DNA of 64,000 nucleotides from Antedon mediterranea (taxonomy: Eukaryota; Animalia; Echinodermata): the NCBI RefSeq assembly GCF_964355755.1, contig NC_092671.1:682001-746000 (forward strand), given 5' to 3'. The stretch's first letter is position 1; every line of letters begins with the position of its first letter. Below are positions 1 through 13,200 of this stretch, piece by piece. The position numbers were made by a program, and so were the translations under genes. Below the pieces are notes generated by a model. The model ran no database searches and was not told the DNA's origin. It was given only the letters and a program-made list of their open reading frames with translations.

Positions 1-3000
1 ACTTGATAAAGACGCATATCTAAGTCAGCTTGTCTTTGCTGTTCATTGAGGTCACTGAGAACATGAATTTGTGTACTGGTGCCAACGACATCTCCTGGGG
101 AGACATCAACGTCGAGTGCGTCTAAGAACTGTGCTAACAGGATTTTACCATCACTTCCCTCCTCACAACGGTTCCATAAACTGTAACAATGGTTTATGTC
201 AAAATATGTATCTTAAATAATGTGAAAAATAATGAAACATGAAAGCAACAGCAATTACATGCAACATTTTGTCAAATTCAAGTGAACTTATTTATTCAGT
301 CAGGGGGAAAATAGCAAAAATATTCCTACTTTCTAGGAGTTTTATCAGATAATCTATATTATTTTGACAACTCTTGTAACATGACCACAGTGCTGATATT
401 GCCATTTTCCCCTAAATGTATTAGGGTAGAATAAATACTTTAGAATACGATATATCAATTATTTTAATGATTTTTTGTTGTATTCTTTAGAACATTGTAT
501 GAAATATATTATTCCCTCACCTTTCAAGATGGTCATTCGACAGTGTCATGACGTGTCTATTCAACAATTTACGCAAGTTTCGTTTTGTTATATAACCTGT
601 TTCATCCGGATCCATGCTTCGGAATGCGGCACTCAATGGTTTCCAATATTCCACAATCTTTTCCTTCAGGATTTCTTCTAAAGTGCTCCATGCAAGAGTA
701 GCAGGGGCTGGGTCACTGTTGTACCGATGGGCTGAGTTTAACCACTTATGTCCCTCCTATATTACAAAAAGTTGAAAAGTAATCATGTACACTCCTCTAC
801 TTTATATTGTTATTCATTTGTATACTGCCTTTATTTTCAAACTATATAATCATAATGGTTTTGTTTATTCATTTTCTTTTTTTAATGTCAATATTTATTC
901 TTTTTTTAAAGGTACATATTAGCTTAAAGATCTATGCTCTACTTAGGACAGATTTTAAAATATGCATCCTCCATGTATGTATAAATTGAAGATGGCCCAA
1001 ATAGTTTAGTTTCAAAAATGAATTTAATAACAAACAATATTAAAAACAAATATTCTACTTTCCAGTGTGTCTAGTTTTTTTATTTCAATAAAAATGTTAT
1101 TCACCTCTGTTTCTCTGACTTCAAAGAGGTCTAAGAATCGATGATAGTGGATAGAATTCCTGCCATCTGCATCCAGAAGATTCATAAGAGCCTGCAACTC
1201 TTTCTCATTTAAATTTATTGTGAACTTCTTCAGAACCTTCTGAAATTCCTTCCTACTAACTTTACCATCTCGGTTCTACAGCAAAATTGTAATAAATGTT
1301 GTAAACTTTACATTTTAAATAATCTTTCACAATAATATACAAATAATGAATGTTTACGAGTCGAATATAATACACACACATTTTTATTATGTTACCCACA
1401 ATTGTCCGGAATCTATTTATGTGTTTATAATGTACCTTTACAAACGTTAAAAATAAAATGATGAAACAGTAACCCTACTCTGTGATACACTCTACGTATT
1501 TTTATAATAACTTATTTCTGTACATCTTCCTAAACCGCATATTTTTAAATTACCATTAGCCAATTTAGGACAGCACATTTTTTAACCAATTTCACAATTA
1601 GGTCATGGGAAGTTATCATGAATTCATCCAATTGGATGGTTAAACTGCTAGAATATTGCATGTGTTTACTTACATAATCAAAGACAAGGAATGCATCCTT
1701 TATTGAAGTATATCTGGTTGTAACATGTTTATGAAGCATCTTAAGGAGGTCCTTCATTTCAACATCATACTCTGCTTCCCGAATTGGATTCACTCTGCAA
1801 GGTTGTACAATCAAACATTAAATCTATAACAAAATACTCAATACAATGTTTATATTTTTAAGTCTTTTCAATAAATTGTACAATCTAGTATCGGTGATTG
1901 TTACTCACTTGTGGTTGCACTTAATTGGCAAAGTTTGTCCATTTCCTTCAATTCTTGGATTTTGGAATTTTTCTAGAAAATGTTCCCATGGAACTTTGTG
2001 GGAGGCTTTGAATCCACACCTGAAATAAATGTACAGTTAGCATCAATGTTAGGGCCTGTCAATCAAACAATACAATTAATAAATAAATTATAGGGTGTGT
2101 ACAGTAAGAAGCCAACATACTGAAATTTGAGTGTTTAACTTCATGTTACAAATGTAACAAAGAATTTCTTTCTTTCATTCATTAACATTTATTCAGCAAT
2201 AATATCATTATATTTACATTGTTATATAGAATATTGCAGGGATCTTACAGAGAAAGTTTATTTTCTGTAGTCGTAAGACATTTTGAAAAAAGAAAACACA
2301 AAGAAAATTATGAAATAAAGTTTCATACAAGTTGAGGAAGAAAATAAATGTATCTTTATGTTCTTATTGTTGACGAGCATACTAATTTCCTATTGTGGAC
2401 TAATAAATGAATTGAACTTAAAACACAAATAGTACTACATACTGTAAACTACATAAGCTTTCAACCTCTTCATCTATCACAACAAACAGTACTACATATT
2501 GTAAACTACATAAGCTTTCAACCTCTTCATCTATCACAACAAAAGCAGTATGCTACATACTGTAAACTACATAAGCTTTCAACCTCTTCATCTATCACAA
2601 CAAAAGCAGTATACTACATATTGTAAACTACATAAGCTTTCAACCTCTTCATCTATCACAACAAAAGCAGTATGCCTCCACTTTACAGCATTACGCCTAT
2701 AATAGGTGATTGTAGTATAATAACCAACATTTCCAACAACACTTTCCTTCTAAACCTTCATAACATGTCAAATAACCCACACTGACCTGTCCATTAACTG
2801 TGAGAATAGTTGGTCTGACATTGGTAATGTAAAATGTACAAGCACTGACTTCAAATCCTCTAGGTAAATGTAACCATCTTGTTTGCTGTCAAACGCCATG
2901 AACGCTTTCTTTAAGTTTACATAATTCTCTTTCATCTGTCACAAACCAAAAATGTTTATTGTTAATACTATTAGTTAAAATTTGAGCCACATGTTTACAC

Positions 3001-5579
3001 TAACATTTTAGGTATTAGTAAGGTTATGTGTTGATCCCTGTTCATTTATTTGTCTGTATATGTACAAGATATCTCAAGATATCCTACCTAAGAAAAGACA
3101 GTATTTGTTGTAATATGATTGTATAGACTTCAATTTGGTGTCATTTAGATTCGCATTGCTGCCTATGTTAGTGTGGTGGAGATTTGCTTTTTTATCTAGT
3201 TATATATTTAATTCTAGTTATATATTTAATTTGGATTCTACAGTATAAAACAAACAGTTACCCGTTTCCTTAATTCTGCTTCAATCTGTCCAAAGTTCAT
3301 TCCTTTAACCATATCATCTGTTCTGTTAATCACTGCCAGTTTTTCTGTTTCATTCTGACGGAGATTTTGTTTCTCAGTAAAGCCAAGCCCAACCTTTGCT
3401 CCGTCTGGCATTGTTTTCTTCCTTCTTTCAACGTTGATACCAAGTCTTCTCAAAAACTCATAGTAGTTTATAATTCCCGAATGATGAAAATCATACCGAG
3501 CCCACAACCTAACATTAACAATTTTTAATTTTAAATTAATTTACCACAATAATACATTAGCACAGTTTTGCTGTGCCTGTAACAGGGTACATGAACAATT
3601 AGCACTAGCTCCATTTTCCATTCTAGATTTTTTGTTTGTTTTGGGTTTCAGACTGCTCAAGACCATAATTATCCCATATATATTTGAGTAACAGGTGGTT
3701 GGTAGAATGGGTATCAAAAAACTAAAGTAATATTAAACAACCCTGGGGCAAATATATTTGCTATCAAAATACAAAACATTCTGGAAAATCATTTACCTGT
3801 CAAACTGACTGTCAGACATTCGTAGACAGTAATTCTCCAGAACTTTACGCATCTCATGTTGCTGAATACGACCGTCGCGATTATAATCAAACAATCGCAA
3901 CGCTCTTAAAACATTCTTCATATTTGCTGCAATTCTTTCACGCAACTGACGCTCAAGTACATCAACACCCATGTCATGTGGTGATTGTGTGTAGCTGTAC
4001 CTGAAGAATATAATATAAATGGATTAAGCAATTTAGCAACAAAATAATGATACTTGTTTTTCCATAAATTATAACAATAACACAATTATATTACAGCTCT
4101 TAATATCCATAAATAAAAAAAAAAAATATATGACCAAAGATAAGATATACTTGATATATATTTCATTAAATCCTTTTATTTTTTGAATTGTATCAGTCTC
4201 TTTTTGTATAGTTTTCTAATCATATGTACTGTAAATGGTAACTTAAATAAAGTTGTTGTTATTATATACAGAAATTAGGTAAATTCCACTAAATCTGTTA
4301 ATAAGTTGAATTTTTAAAATTATTTTTTATTATTGAGTGACTCTCAATGACATCTCAAATGCTAAATAGAGATATCAAAAGCATGTACAGCTGCCGGAAA
4401 TGACAATAAAATGAGTCTAAAAATAATTAAATGTGAAATCAATAAGATCATTCATGACAACATATGTCCTTAGCAACCATTATGCATCCAACATATAAAA
4501 AAAGTCTAATAAATTGAATTTTAATATCCTACCTATGACCTGACGCCATCTTCCATGACTCTTTTGAGCCATCTGTCCTTCCAGCAAACCTATCTAGGAA
4601 ATCGCAGTAGTTAATAGTTCCGTTAGCATTACTCGCTACCTTGGCCATAATACCGTCAAACTGCTCAGTTGTTAATGGAAAACAAAAGTTGTCAAGCACC
4701 CGTCGCAGCTCTCCACGCGTGATAGTCAAGCTATGATCAATATCATAGTTTTGAAAAGCCTATACAAGATGAAAAATATAAATTTTAGGATTTAAGTAAG
4801 AACGAAGAACATAAATTTTAAAACTAAAGGCATACAAAACATAAAAATAACAGAAAGGCGATGAATTTATTTTTTTCCTTGTCTAATTACAATTATAGAC
4901 AAAATTCCATTGCTAAATAAATGTTTTTAAAGCGTGTGTACTTACTTGTTTAAGATCATGGTAGTGACGCAAAGCTTTGTCCCTTAAGAGTTGCTCAACT
5001 TCAATGATGCTTAGGTTCCCATTAACTATAACAGAAGTTGAGGATGAGCCTGCGGATGATCCTAAAAGAATGTAAAAATATGTTAATTTTCTATTTATCA
5101 ATAAAACAAACCGATTGTGAAACCTCCCAGATTTTTAATATATTATAACGGCCAAAGAAATTTCTCCAACAAACTACACAGCGATCCCATTTGAACAAAT
5201 AAAATAGTCTAAAGGCCAATATAACAGATGAGCAGTATACGGTAATAAAAATATAAAATCTATGTTATTCATTATGACCATTTGCACACAATGCGGAGTG
5301 GATGGACGGTTTAATACAGATTATAGAAGAGCTGCAATATGCGTAAATATGTAAATTGGCTTTAATTAAAGACGATTATACCAAAATGAACCGTGGTAAA
5401 TATGTCTTACCTGCAGACCAGCTTCTACTGACTGGATCAAGATGTAACTTCTGATTACTTGGTCGACGCATACTTTGAGCAGTCTTCAAGATTTCACGAG
5501 GCGTAAAGAACACACCGGTTGAAGCTGGTCGAATGCTTAGACCAGCAGAGTCGGCTGGTGGGAATACCTTATCAAACAT
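1..5579 (-). CDS. EFCAB6: EF-hand calcium-binding domain-containing protein 6-like, 5' part; gene continues beyond the window start
   Basis: Phase-consistent GT-AG exons: 5411-5579 (MFDKVFPP...), 4946-5061, 4533-4759, 3797-4000, 3262-3508, 2787-2935, 1909-2019, 1674-1794, 1105-1275, 521-756, <=3-180. Repeated EF-hand pairs (AFQNYDIDHSLTITRGELRRVL; ALRLFDYNRDGRIQQHEMRKVL; AFMAFDSKQDGYIYLEDLKSVL; AFLVFDYNRDGKVSRKEFQKVL; AFRSMDPDETGYITKRNLRKLL). The tandem EF-pair architecture is typical of EFCAB6; the symbol is from recognition, not a database search. Confidence 0.75.
2431..2675. repeat. Intronic minisatellite, ~57-60 bp unit, 4 copies
   Basis: Unit CTACATAYTGTAAACTACATAAGCTTTCAACCTCTTCATCTATCACAACAAAAGCAGTA repeated four times. 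Confidence 0.9.
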
Positions 5580-5637
5580 GATGAACCTGGTCCTGGTAGC
5601 TATTCTAATGAGAATTAATTAATTATGAATGATGAAT

Positions 5638-6020
5638 AGGCCTAGGCCTAGGTATGATTAGGCCTATACATAATATATACTTTTGTAGGAAAACTTTAAC
5701 AAGATTAGAACATGCCTAAAATAGGCATCTACGGATCAAATAGGCCTAGGCTAGGGCCTATGCATAGGCTAGACCCTAGAAGGGGGCATAAATAGGCAAT
5801 TATTTAGCTAGGCCTAGTTAAGCAGGTAGTCTAGCCTATAGTCTCTAGCGGGATAGAGGGCCTAGGCCCTAGCTAGTTAGGCTAAGCCGGCCTTCTGTGT
5901 GTGTGGGCCTAGCCTAGCTATAGGCTAGTAGTAGGATAGCCTCTAGGCTAGGCCTAAACTACTAGCTAGGCCTAGCGCCTAGTAGGCCTACTTACTAGCC
6001 TACTAGCTAGTAGGCCCTAG
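5638..6020. repeat. Low-complexity tract of TAGGCCTA/CTAG/AGCT micro-palindromes in the probable first intron of the EFCAB6-like gene
   Basis: Dense TAGGCCTAGG, CTAGCTAG and GGCCTAGC words, visibly distinct from the AT-rich background. Confidence 0.75.
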
Positions 6021-6047
6021 ACTTTTTTTTTTTAATTAATGTCTTAC

Positions 6048-6280
6048 CTAATCGCTTACAGAAACTCTACCCTGCCTGCTACTTCCTGTTTGAATCCTCC
6101 TACATGTATTTTACTAGGAGTCGGCGGAAAGTACAGAAATTATTGACACCCTCCTCCCCAAATAAATAAAAATGTGTTTTGTTCACATGCGCCGCACAGT
6201 TTTTAGTCGTCAATGTTTACATGGGTCACGTGATAACTGTCATGGTTGCTAAGCATTATTGTCAGTAGCGCCCTCTACAG
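6048..6280 (-). promoter_or_regulatory. Probable non-coding first exon and promoter of the EFCAB6-like gene
   Basis: Donor AG|GTAAGA at 6048/6047 on the - strand; E-box GTCACGTG at 6225-6232; X-box-like GTTGCTAAGCA at 6245-6255; locally higher CpG. Confidence 0.4.
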
Positions 6281-6919
6281 ATGGTAATTTTTTAAAACTT
6301 TTTATATACTTGTTGGATTAGTGTCGTGTGTATAAAGTTTTGTTTGTCAATCGATATCATCAAATGCATTCTATAATGTCGCGAATCAAGTCACATAGTG
6401 AAATAGTGTATGTTCCAATTGAAAAATGTTGATATATTACCATAATTGTCAACACAAAATTGAAAATAATAATTGTATTATAGACTTTTCCGAAACTGAA
6501 CCTAACTTCATATTTATTCTGGGGCGCGTGTACAATAATTCAAAATAAAAGGCTATAATAGTTAATTTTAATGTTATAATAATTCAAGGCATTTTATTTT
6601 TAAAATGGAGACGGTTAATACAGGTCTTAGCCTACGGATAAAATGAATTTAGGCACACAGGTACTAACCTTATGGGTAATGCATATCATGTGGATGTGGA
6701 GTGTGGATATAAACAGACAACAAATATATTAAACACAATTGAACTATTTCTAAATACTCTGCTTTATTTATTTCTACGTAAAGTATCGTCAACATCAATA
6801 AATTATCATTGTAATTATAACCCAAGAAAAATGTATCCCCCGTTTCTGTATCTGTGTCGTTTTCGTGTTTGTGTGCTGTAACTAACCATGGAGCAACACA
6901 CTGGTTAAACACCAAACAA

Positions 6920-7180
6920 AAAAATGATTTGATTAATTGACTACTCGAACTGTTGCATATAACATAAGGGACAAAATAGAATAATTTGATTAAATTACTA
7001 CTCGAACTGTTGCATATAAAAATAAGGGACAAAATAGAATGATTTCGGGACATTTTTTTCATTGATCGTTGGTTTAACTAGCACTGTTGGATATTATTAA
7101 ATACAAGGGACAAAATATCATGATTTCCGGACATTTTTATTATTGATCTTTTAAGATACTACTCGTACTGTTGCAATTAA
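6920..7180. repeat. Degenerate tandem repeat (~4 copies) in the probable 3' UTR of the multi-EGF gene
   Basis: Recurring CTACTCGAACTGTTGCATATA...AGGGACAAAATAGAAT blocks. Confidence 0.6.
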
Positions 7181-7294
7181 ATAATATCTCGTATTGAAAT
7201 ATTACAGTGTGTATATCATGAAATTAAAACGACGACTTCTTTAACATTCATGTTCGGAACCTGGAACTTGTGAGTAAACAACAAAACAGTGACT

Positions 7295-10200
7295 CTAATA
7301 TCCTCCTGTGTTTGCTGTAGAAAAAGAAACAAATATATTAATAATCCTTATTAGAATCCACATGTACTGGAAGTAATAAACTGAATATCTTCTTTTTTAA
7401 GACAAAATGTATAAATAATCATGTTAGAAAAACAGTATCGCTTTTTGCTGATGAACAACTCTAAAATGTATATAGGAAATGTTTTTTTTTTTTTTTTTAA
7501 TTTTGTATCTATTATGTTGTGTTTATTGTTTTATGTTTTTTATGTAAAAGGGTCCTGCGAAAACAGAAGTGTAAACTTCTCTATGCAGGATCCTTGCCAT
7601 CATTTATGCTATGAAACTGTATTTATAAACGATGAGTAAATAAATGTGAATATTGAATATAAAACTAAAACAAATTATGCCTATGATATATTAATTCGCA
7701 ATATTATCTTCCAAAAAGGAGTTACTGCGCAGAATCGCATAGACTTTATAGTTTCTAGTTATTGTCTTTTCTATGTTATTTCGATTTTTAAGTTTTATAT
7801 TCTAATTCGCAAAATATCTTCCAAAATGAGTTACTGAGCAGAATCGCATAGACTTGTATATTGTCTTTTTTATGTCGTTTGGATTTTTGTCTGTAGATTT
7901 TACACACCTCAAGTATTATACGCATGAAACGCCATGTGTGCCAAAACATTTATCTTTTTACCAATAATAAAATAATCGCCGTCCAAAACCTAGACTAATA
8001 ATCGCAATGGAGAGTGCATCATGCATTGTCGACATGCTTGACTTGTTTGAGCGTGAAACAGCAACATAACTGCCAATCAAATATCATAAGAATACCAATT
8101 TATTTACATTGTTCACAATTTGGACCAGAAAATCCATATCTACAATTACAGGTGTAATCACTGCAGCCACTGCCGCCAACACATGTACCACCATTGCGGC
8201 ATGGCCGGCTGTCACATGGGTTGTCTGCGTGCTCTGTGGAAATAATACAATATCAATAATAATAATAACATAATATAAAAGTGAAACTTATAATAGATGT
8301 ATTTTGCGTCTAAAGCAGATATCTACAAACCTCTTTCAATTGGCATCATCATTTAAAATGATTTATCTATTATTTTATTTCCATTACTCGCTGGAACTTA
8401 GCGCTTTTTTTGTGTGTTGAGGGATAGCATGGTTGTCGTGAAAGAAAACGTGACTTACTTTGACAGAATCTACCATCGAAGCATGGTTTGCACTGACACG
8501 ATGCTTGGCAAGAACGTGGATCAATTACACATGTACCTCCATTGTTGCATGGGTTGTTCTTGCATGAAGATTCGGATCGATCTGAAATTTAAGATATAGA
8601 ATGTAGAATAATATGTAATTCATTATTAATCCTAATTTATTTACACCTCTCAATATAATGCACAGTACTAGTATATTTAAATTTCATTTTTAGAAATGAA
8701 GTAAAGATCTGGTTGCGTACAAGGCACTTTGTATACAAATCTAAATACAACCGTTAGCATTGGGACCATACAAGTCCTCGATTTTGGTTGTACGGTGACC
8801 AAAACCGTTCAAGTTTTTTTTCTGGGGACTACCACTGCCAAGTAGTCATATTATAATTGCGTCCATAGAAACAAGGAATATACGCATCAGCATTTACGCG
8901 CATAGCAATTTGCTGCAACAATTCCCTGGTTCAATGTTAGCCTTTTACAAATGATTCTTACTGATTTCACATCTGTCTCCAGTGAAGCAATGGGCGCATC
9001 GGCAAATGAACTTGTTGCAATCACGTGCGTCTGGAATACACACTCCTCCATTCTGACAACTGTTTTCATCACATGGGTTGATTCCTAAATATAGACAAAC
9101 ACGCTTTAGTTATGTGAAAACATTTCATCTGCAAAAGAGCCCAATTGGCATCATAACACACAACAACTGACGACTGACGAAGTCTAGCAGACATCTTGAA
9201 AGAACTGTCTTAGTTAAGTTATTTTACTGGTTTACAATACATGAACTCTATCTCATTATAAAGCTTTAGTTTAAAATACAATTTTAGACTTCAACAACAA
9301 CAATCCATGTCGATTATTTAACATTTTCAATGACTCTAAAATGTTTTATTAAAACGCGTTAGTAACTTATGTTGACGCCTACGCACGATTTTAATCATGG
9401 TTGGAAGTGTCAAACTTACGTTTAAGGCAGTTATCACCAGTATAGCATTTCTTGCATTCACAGTCGGTTGTACATGTTTGTAAGTCGGCTACGCAGTTAG
9501 CGCCGAAGCCACAGTTTACTCCAGCACATATATTTTTGGCTGTTCATAAGAAATAAATAATAATTTTTAAATTTAAACTAGTACAAAGTAAATTCTTAAA
9601 AGAAACATGGAGGGTCCTTCCTGAAGAACAAACGGGTCTACTAAGTTACAGTAACTAATTACTTAATTGTGGTAGGATGGATGTTGATGTATCCCAACCC
9701 CAGTTGGATATTACAATGATTGCATTGGACCGAAGGAATAATAAAATGCTAAGTAGGTAAGAAGATGTCACAGATCAAACATTTAATGTAACTATAGCCT
9801 ACCTGTTTGGCATTTGTCTCCTTTGTAACAGTCTCTACATTTACATGTGAAACTACATGTATCCAATTTTGGTACACATGTAGCACCATTCTGGCAATCG
9901 TTGTTTGCACATGGATCTCTAGCTGTAAGTTGAATTAAATTGTATGGTAAAAGTAACTATAAAACGATAATTACAGTACTTCATAGGCCTACTGTATAAC
10001 GGACGGAGTCAAACCTCATAGCTGGGTTTCCACTTTTGGACGCGACACAACGATATAGATAATCCATCGCGTCATGATTGGCGTTGCGCGTTCATCCTGG
10101 CCTTAAGCTTGGTTCTTCCCACTAGGACGCAGCAACACAACGGCGGAAGCGCGACGTAAGCGCAACGCAAACGAGTTGACCAATGACAAGCGACAGTAGT

Positions 10201-13200
10201 TCGAATAATCCATCGCCAATGATTGGTCAAATCACTTACGTTGCGTTACGTCCTTACATTGCGTCCTAGTGGGAACCAAGCTTAAGGGTGATTATTGGGA
10301 GGGTTACCCCTTCAAGCAATTGGGATGTGGAGACTTGGTTAGATGGTTACTTCCAACTAGCCTATAAGTAGATGGGAAGATAGTGGAACAAGTCAACCAG
10401 AGTAATCTCTTTTACACACTTACCGCTTTCGCAGTTATCGCCGAAGAAGCATTTTCTACATCTACATTCATAAGAACACTCTTCAATGTTCTTTACACAA
10501 GTAGCACCGTTTTGGCAACTATTTCCGTCACATGGATTCAAAGCTGAAAAATATTTATTAAAACAAAAATACTTTACAAGCCTCTATTCCATAGTTTCTT
10601 CTGTTACTATAAGTAGGTTTGCGGCAAACTTGCACAGTTTAATACTGTACAGTATGAACGGCCCTTCAAAGTTAATTGTTACCAATACTGTTTATAAACA
10701 TGTTGGTGTTTGCGGCAAACATGCAACAATTGTGTGTGTGAACAGGGCATAACTTCCCCCTCAAAATAGATGCTGTAGGGTTACTCACCAACTTGACATT
10801 GCGGTCCAGCGAAGCAAGCTTTACATTGACAAGAGGTTTCGCATCGGTCAAGATTGGCGTTACAAGTTCCACCATTTTGACATCGTACTCCACGACAGAT
10901 ATCAACAGCTTTAGAAATGATAACAATACATTACTCACTGCTCACTCGAATTCTAGTCAACCAGGATTAGTGGTATAAAGGTCGGGGGCTACTAATATGG
11001 GATTCGTGGGCGTGGGTTCGACAACATCCGAGTGTTCTCAAATGTACTGAATATATCAGTATACATTTACGTCAAATATATATATACAGTAGGACTACTG
11101 TCTGTAGAATTCATTTTAAACAAAGAAATAATTCCATACTACGTTTTTGTTGGGTTTACTCAAAGTTAGGCCTCCTATTTTAAAATGCATTAATTCTTAG
11201 TAAATTAAACATTAAATATATCTTACCGTTTTGGCAATTATCCCCAGTGTAACAACTGGTACAGGTGCATGATGTTGAACATGTATTAAAATCAGCATTA
11301 CAAGTTCCGCCATTTAAACATTCAACACTGTTGCAGATTGGAATACCTGGTAAATAAAATTAATTACAGTTCCATGATCTGAATTTGTGTTTTTGTTGTT
11401 TTGTAAACAAAGATGTACTAATTAGCGTACTTAAGCTTGGTTCCCACTAGGAAGCAACGCAAAGACGACGTAAGCCCACCGTAAGTAATTTGACCAATCA
11501 CAAGCGATGGCTGGTCCGAACTACGTCGTTGCGTTGCGTCCCAGTGGAAACCAAGCCGTACTTATTCATATTGGTACTGGTAGTAAACACCAAGCCGTAC
11601 TTATTCATGGTACTGGTAGTACTGCAGAGTGATAAATAAATACATTAATGAAAAACAAATAATTATGATCACATGTTTTTAATTGATATAGATTGATGTG
11701 TTTAAATACGTGCACATAAAAGTGATTTATTTCAATATATATATATTATTCATTTGCATATACTTACGACTGGATCAACTAATATATACACACCTGGAGA
11801 TCAACTGACTTAGGATAAGACATTACACATTGACATGTATATGCTGGGTTCATACTAAATAACTGTTGGATATTGCAAACAACACAATATTAGTCTATTT
11901 CGAGAGATACTGCCGCTACATGCCATCATTACTATACAAGTAGGTATCTCACTTATAGACTATTGTTGGTTTGTGTATATTGGTCTATGGATGTTGGATA
12001 AGTATGGGTAAAATGTCGGTGACGATTTTAGAGAAATAATAGCAACCTCATGAGTTTGTAGCACCTGTGATGTATTTAACGTAACGTTACGTATGGTATC
12101 TGTTTTACTTACGTATTTCACAATTTGCTCCAGTAAAACAAGGTTTACAAGTACAAGAGGTCTCACACTTGTTAAGATTTGCACGGCATGTTCCGCCATT
12201 TTGACAATTTACTCCTTGACATATATCAACAGCTAAATGCAAAATGAAACACAGTTGATTTAATTGAAGTCAGAAAAATTGAAGTAGAGCTCTGTCTACA
12301 CTATAAAACTTTATGTGATTTGTCACATGAAGTAACCGAGGAAGATGCCTCTGACGTATGTGAGATGGATTGGCTAGAAGAAGAAAATCATCTAGTACGT
12401 ATAGGCTAAGCATCTGATTATGTATATATGATATAACAGTTTGACTTACGTGTTTCACATTTGTCTCCCTTGTAACACGATTTACATCTACAGGATGTTG
12501 TACATGTGCCCAGGTTAGCAACGCACGTTCCTCCATTTTGGCAATTTACTGAGCGACAGATATCAACAGCTGCAAAATACAATCATGTCATCATATTCGA
12601 TTAATTGAGTAATAAAACATACAGGGATTAAAAAATGTGATTTGCCCATAATATAGTCACGATGACATCATATCATTACCATATTTGGGCATTTGGTAGT
12701 GTAGACAGAGCTTAAAAGAACATCATTTAGTTTACATCAAAATACCACGTTCGAATAAACTAGTTATGCCTATGCTTAAAAAGAGCATGATTTGGTTCAT
12801 CAGAAATTAACTAATTCTTGACAAAACGTTCTTACGATTTTGACATCTATTTCCAGTATAGCAGGACCTACAGACACACGACGTTGAACATGTTCCAAGA
12901 TCAGCCACACATGTTCCTCCATTTTCACAATTAACGTTGGCACAAATGTCAATAGCTGATGATGAACAAAGTAGTATTAGCAGTAGAACCTAACACCATG
13001 AGATGTAATCTCATTGTACTGTTTAATCTCCTAGTTGTAACAACCGACTTACTTTTAGTGGAACCAAGGACAACAACAGGACACTAAGCCTGCCTTGCTA
13101 AGATCGGAACTCGTAACAGTCCTTTGAGCTTTTGTCTGGCTGCGATAAATAGCAACAGTACAATGTACATATTCTCCGCGGCAGATAGCAATAGCTTTAG

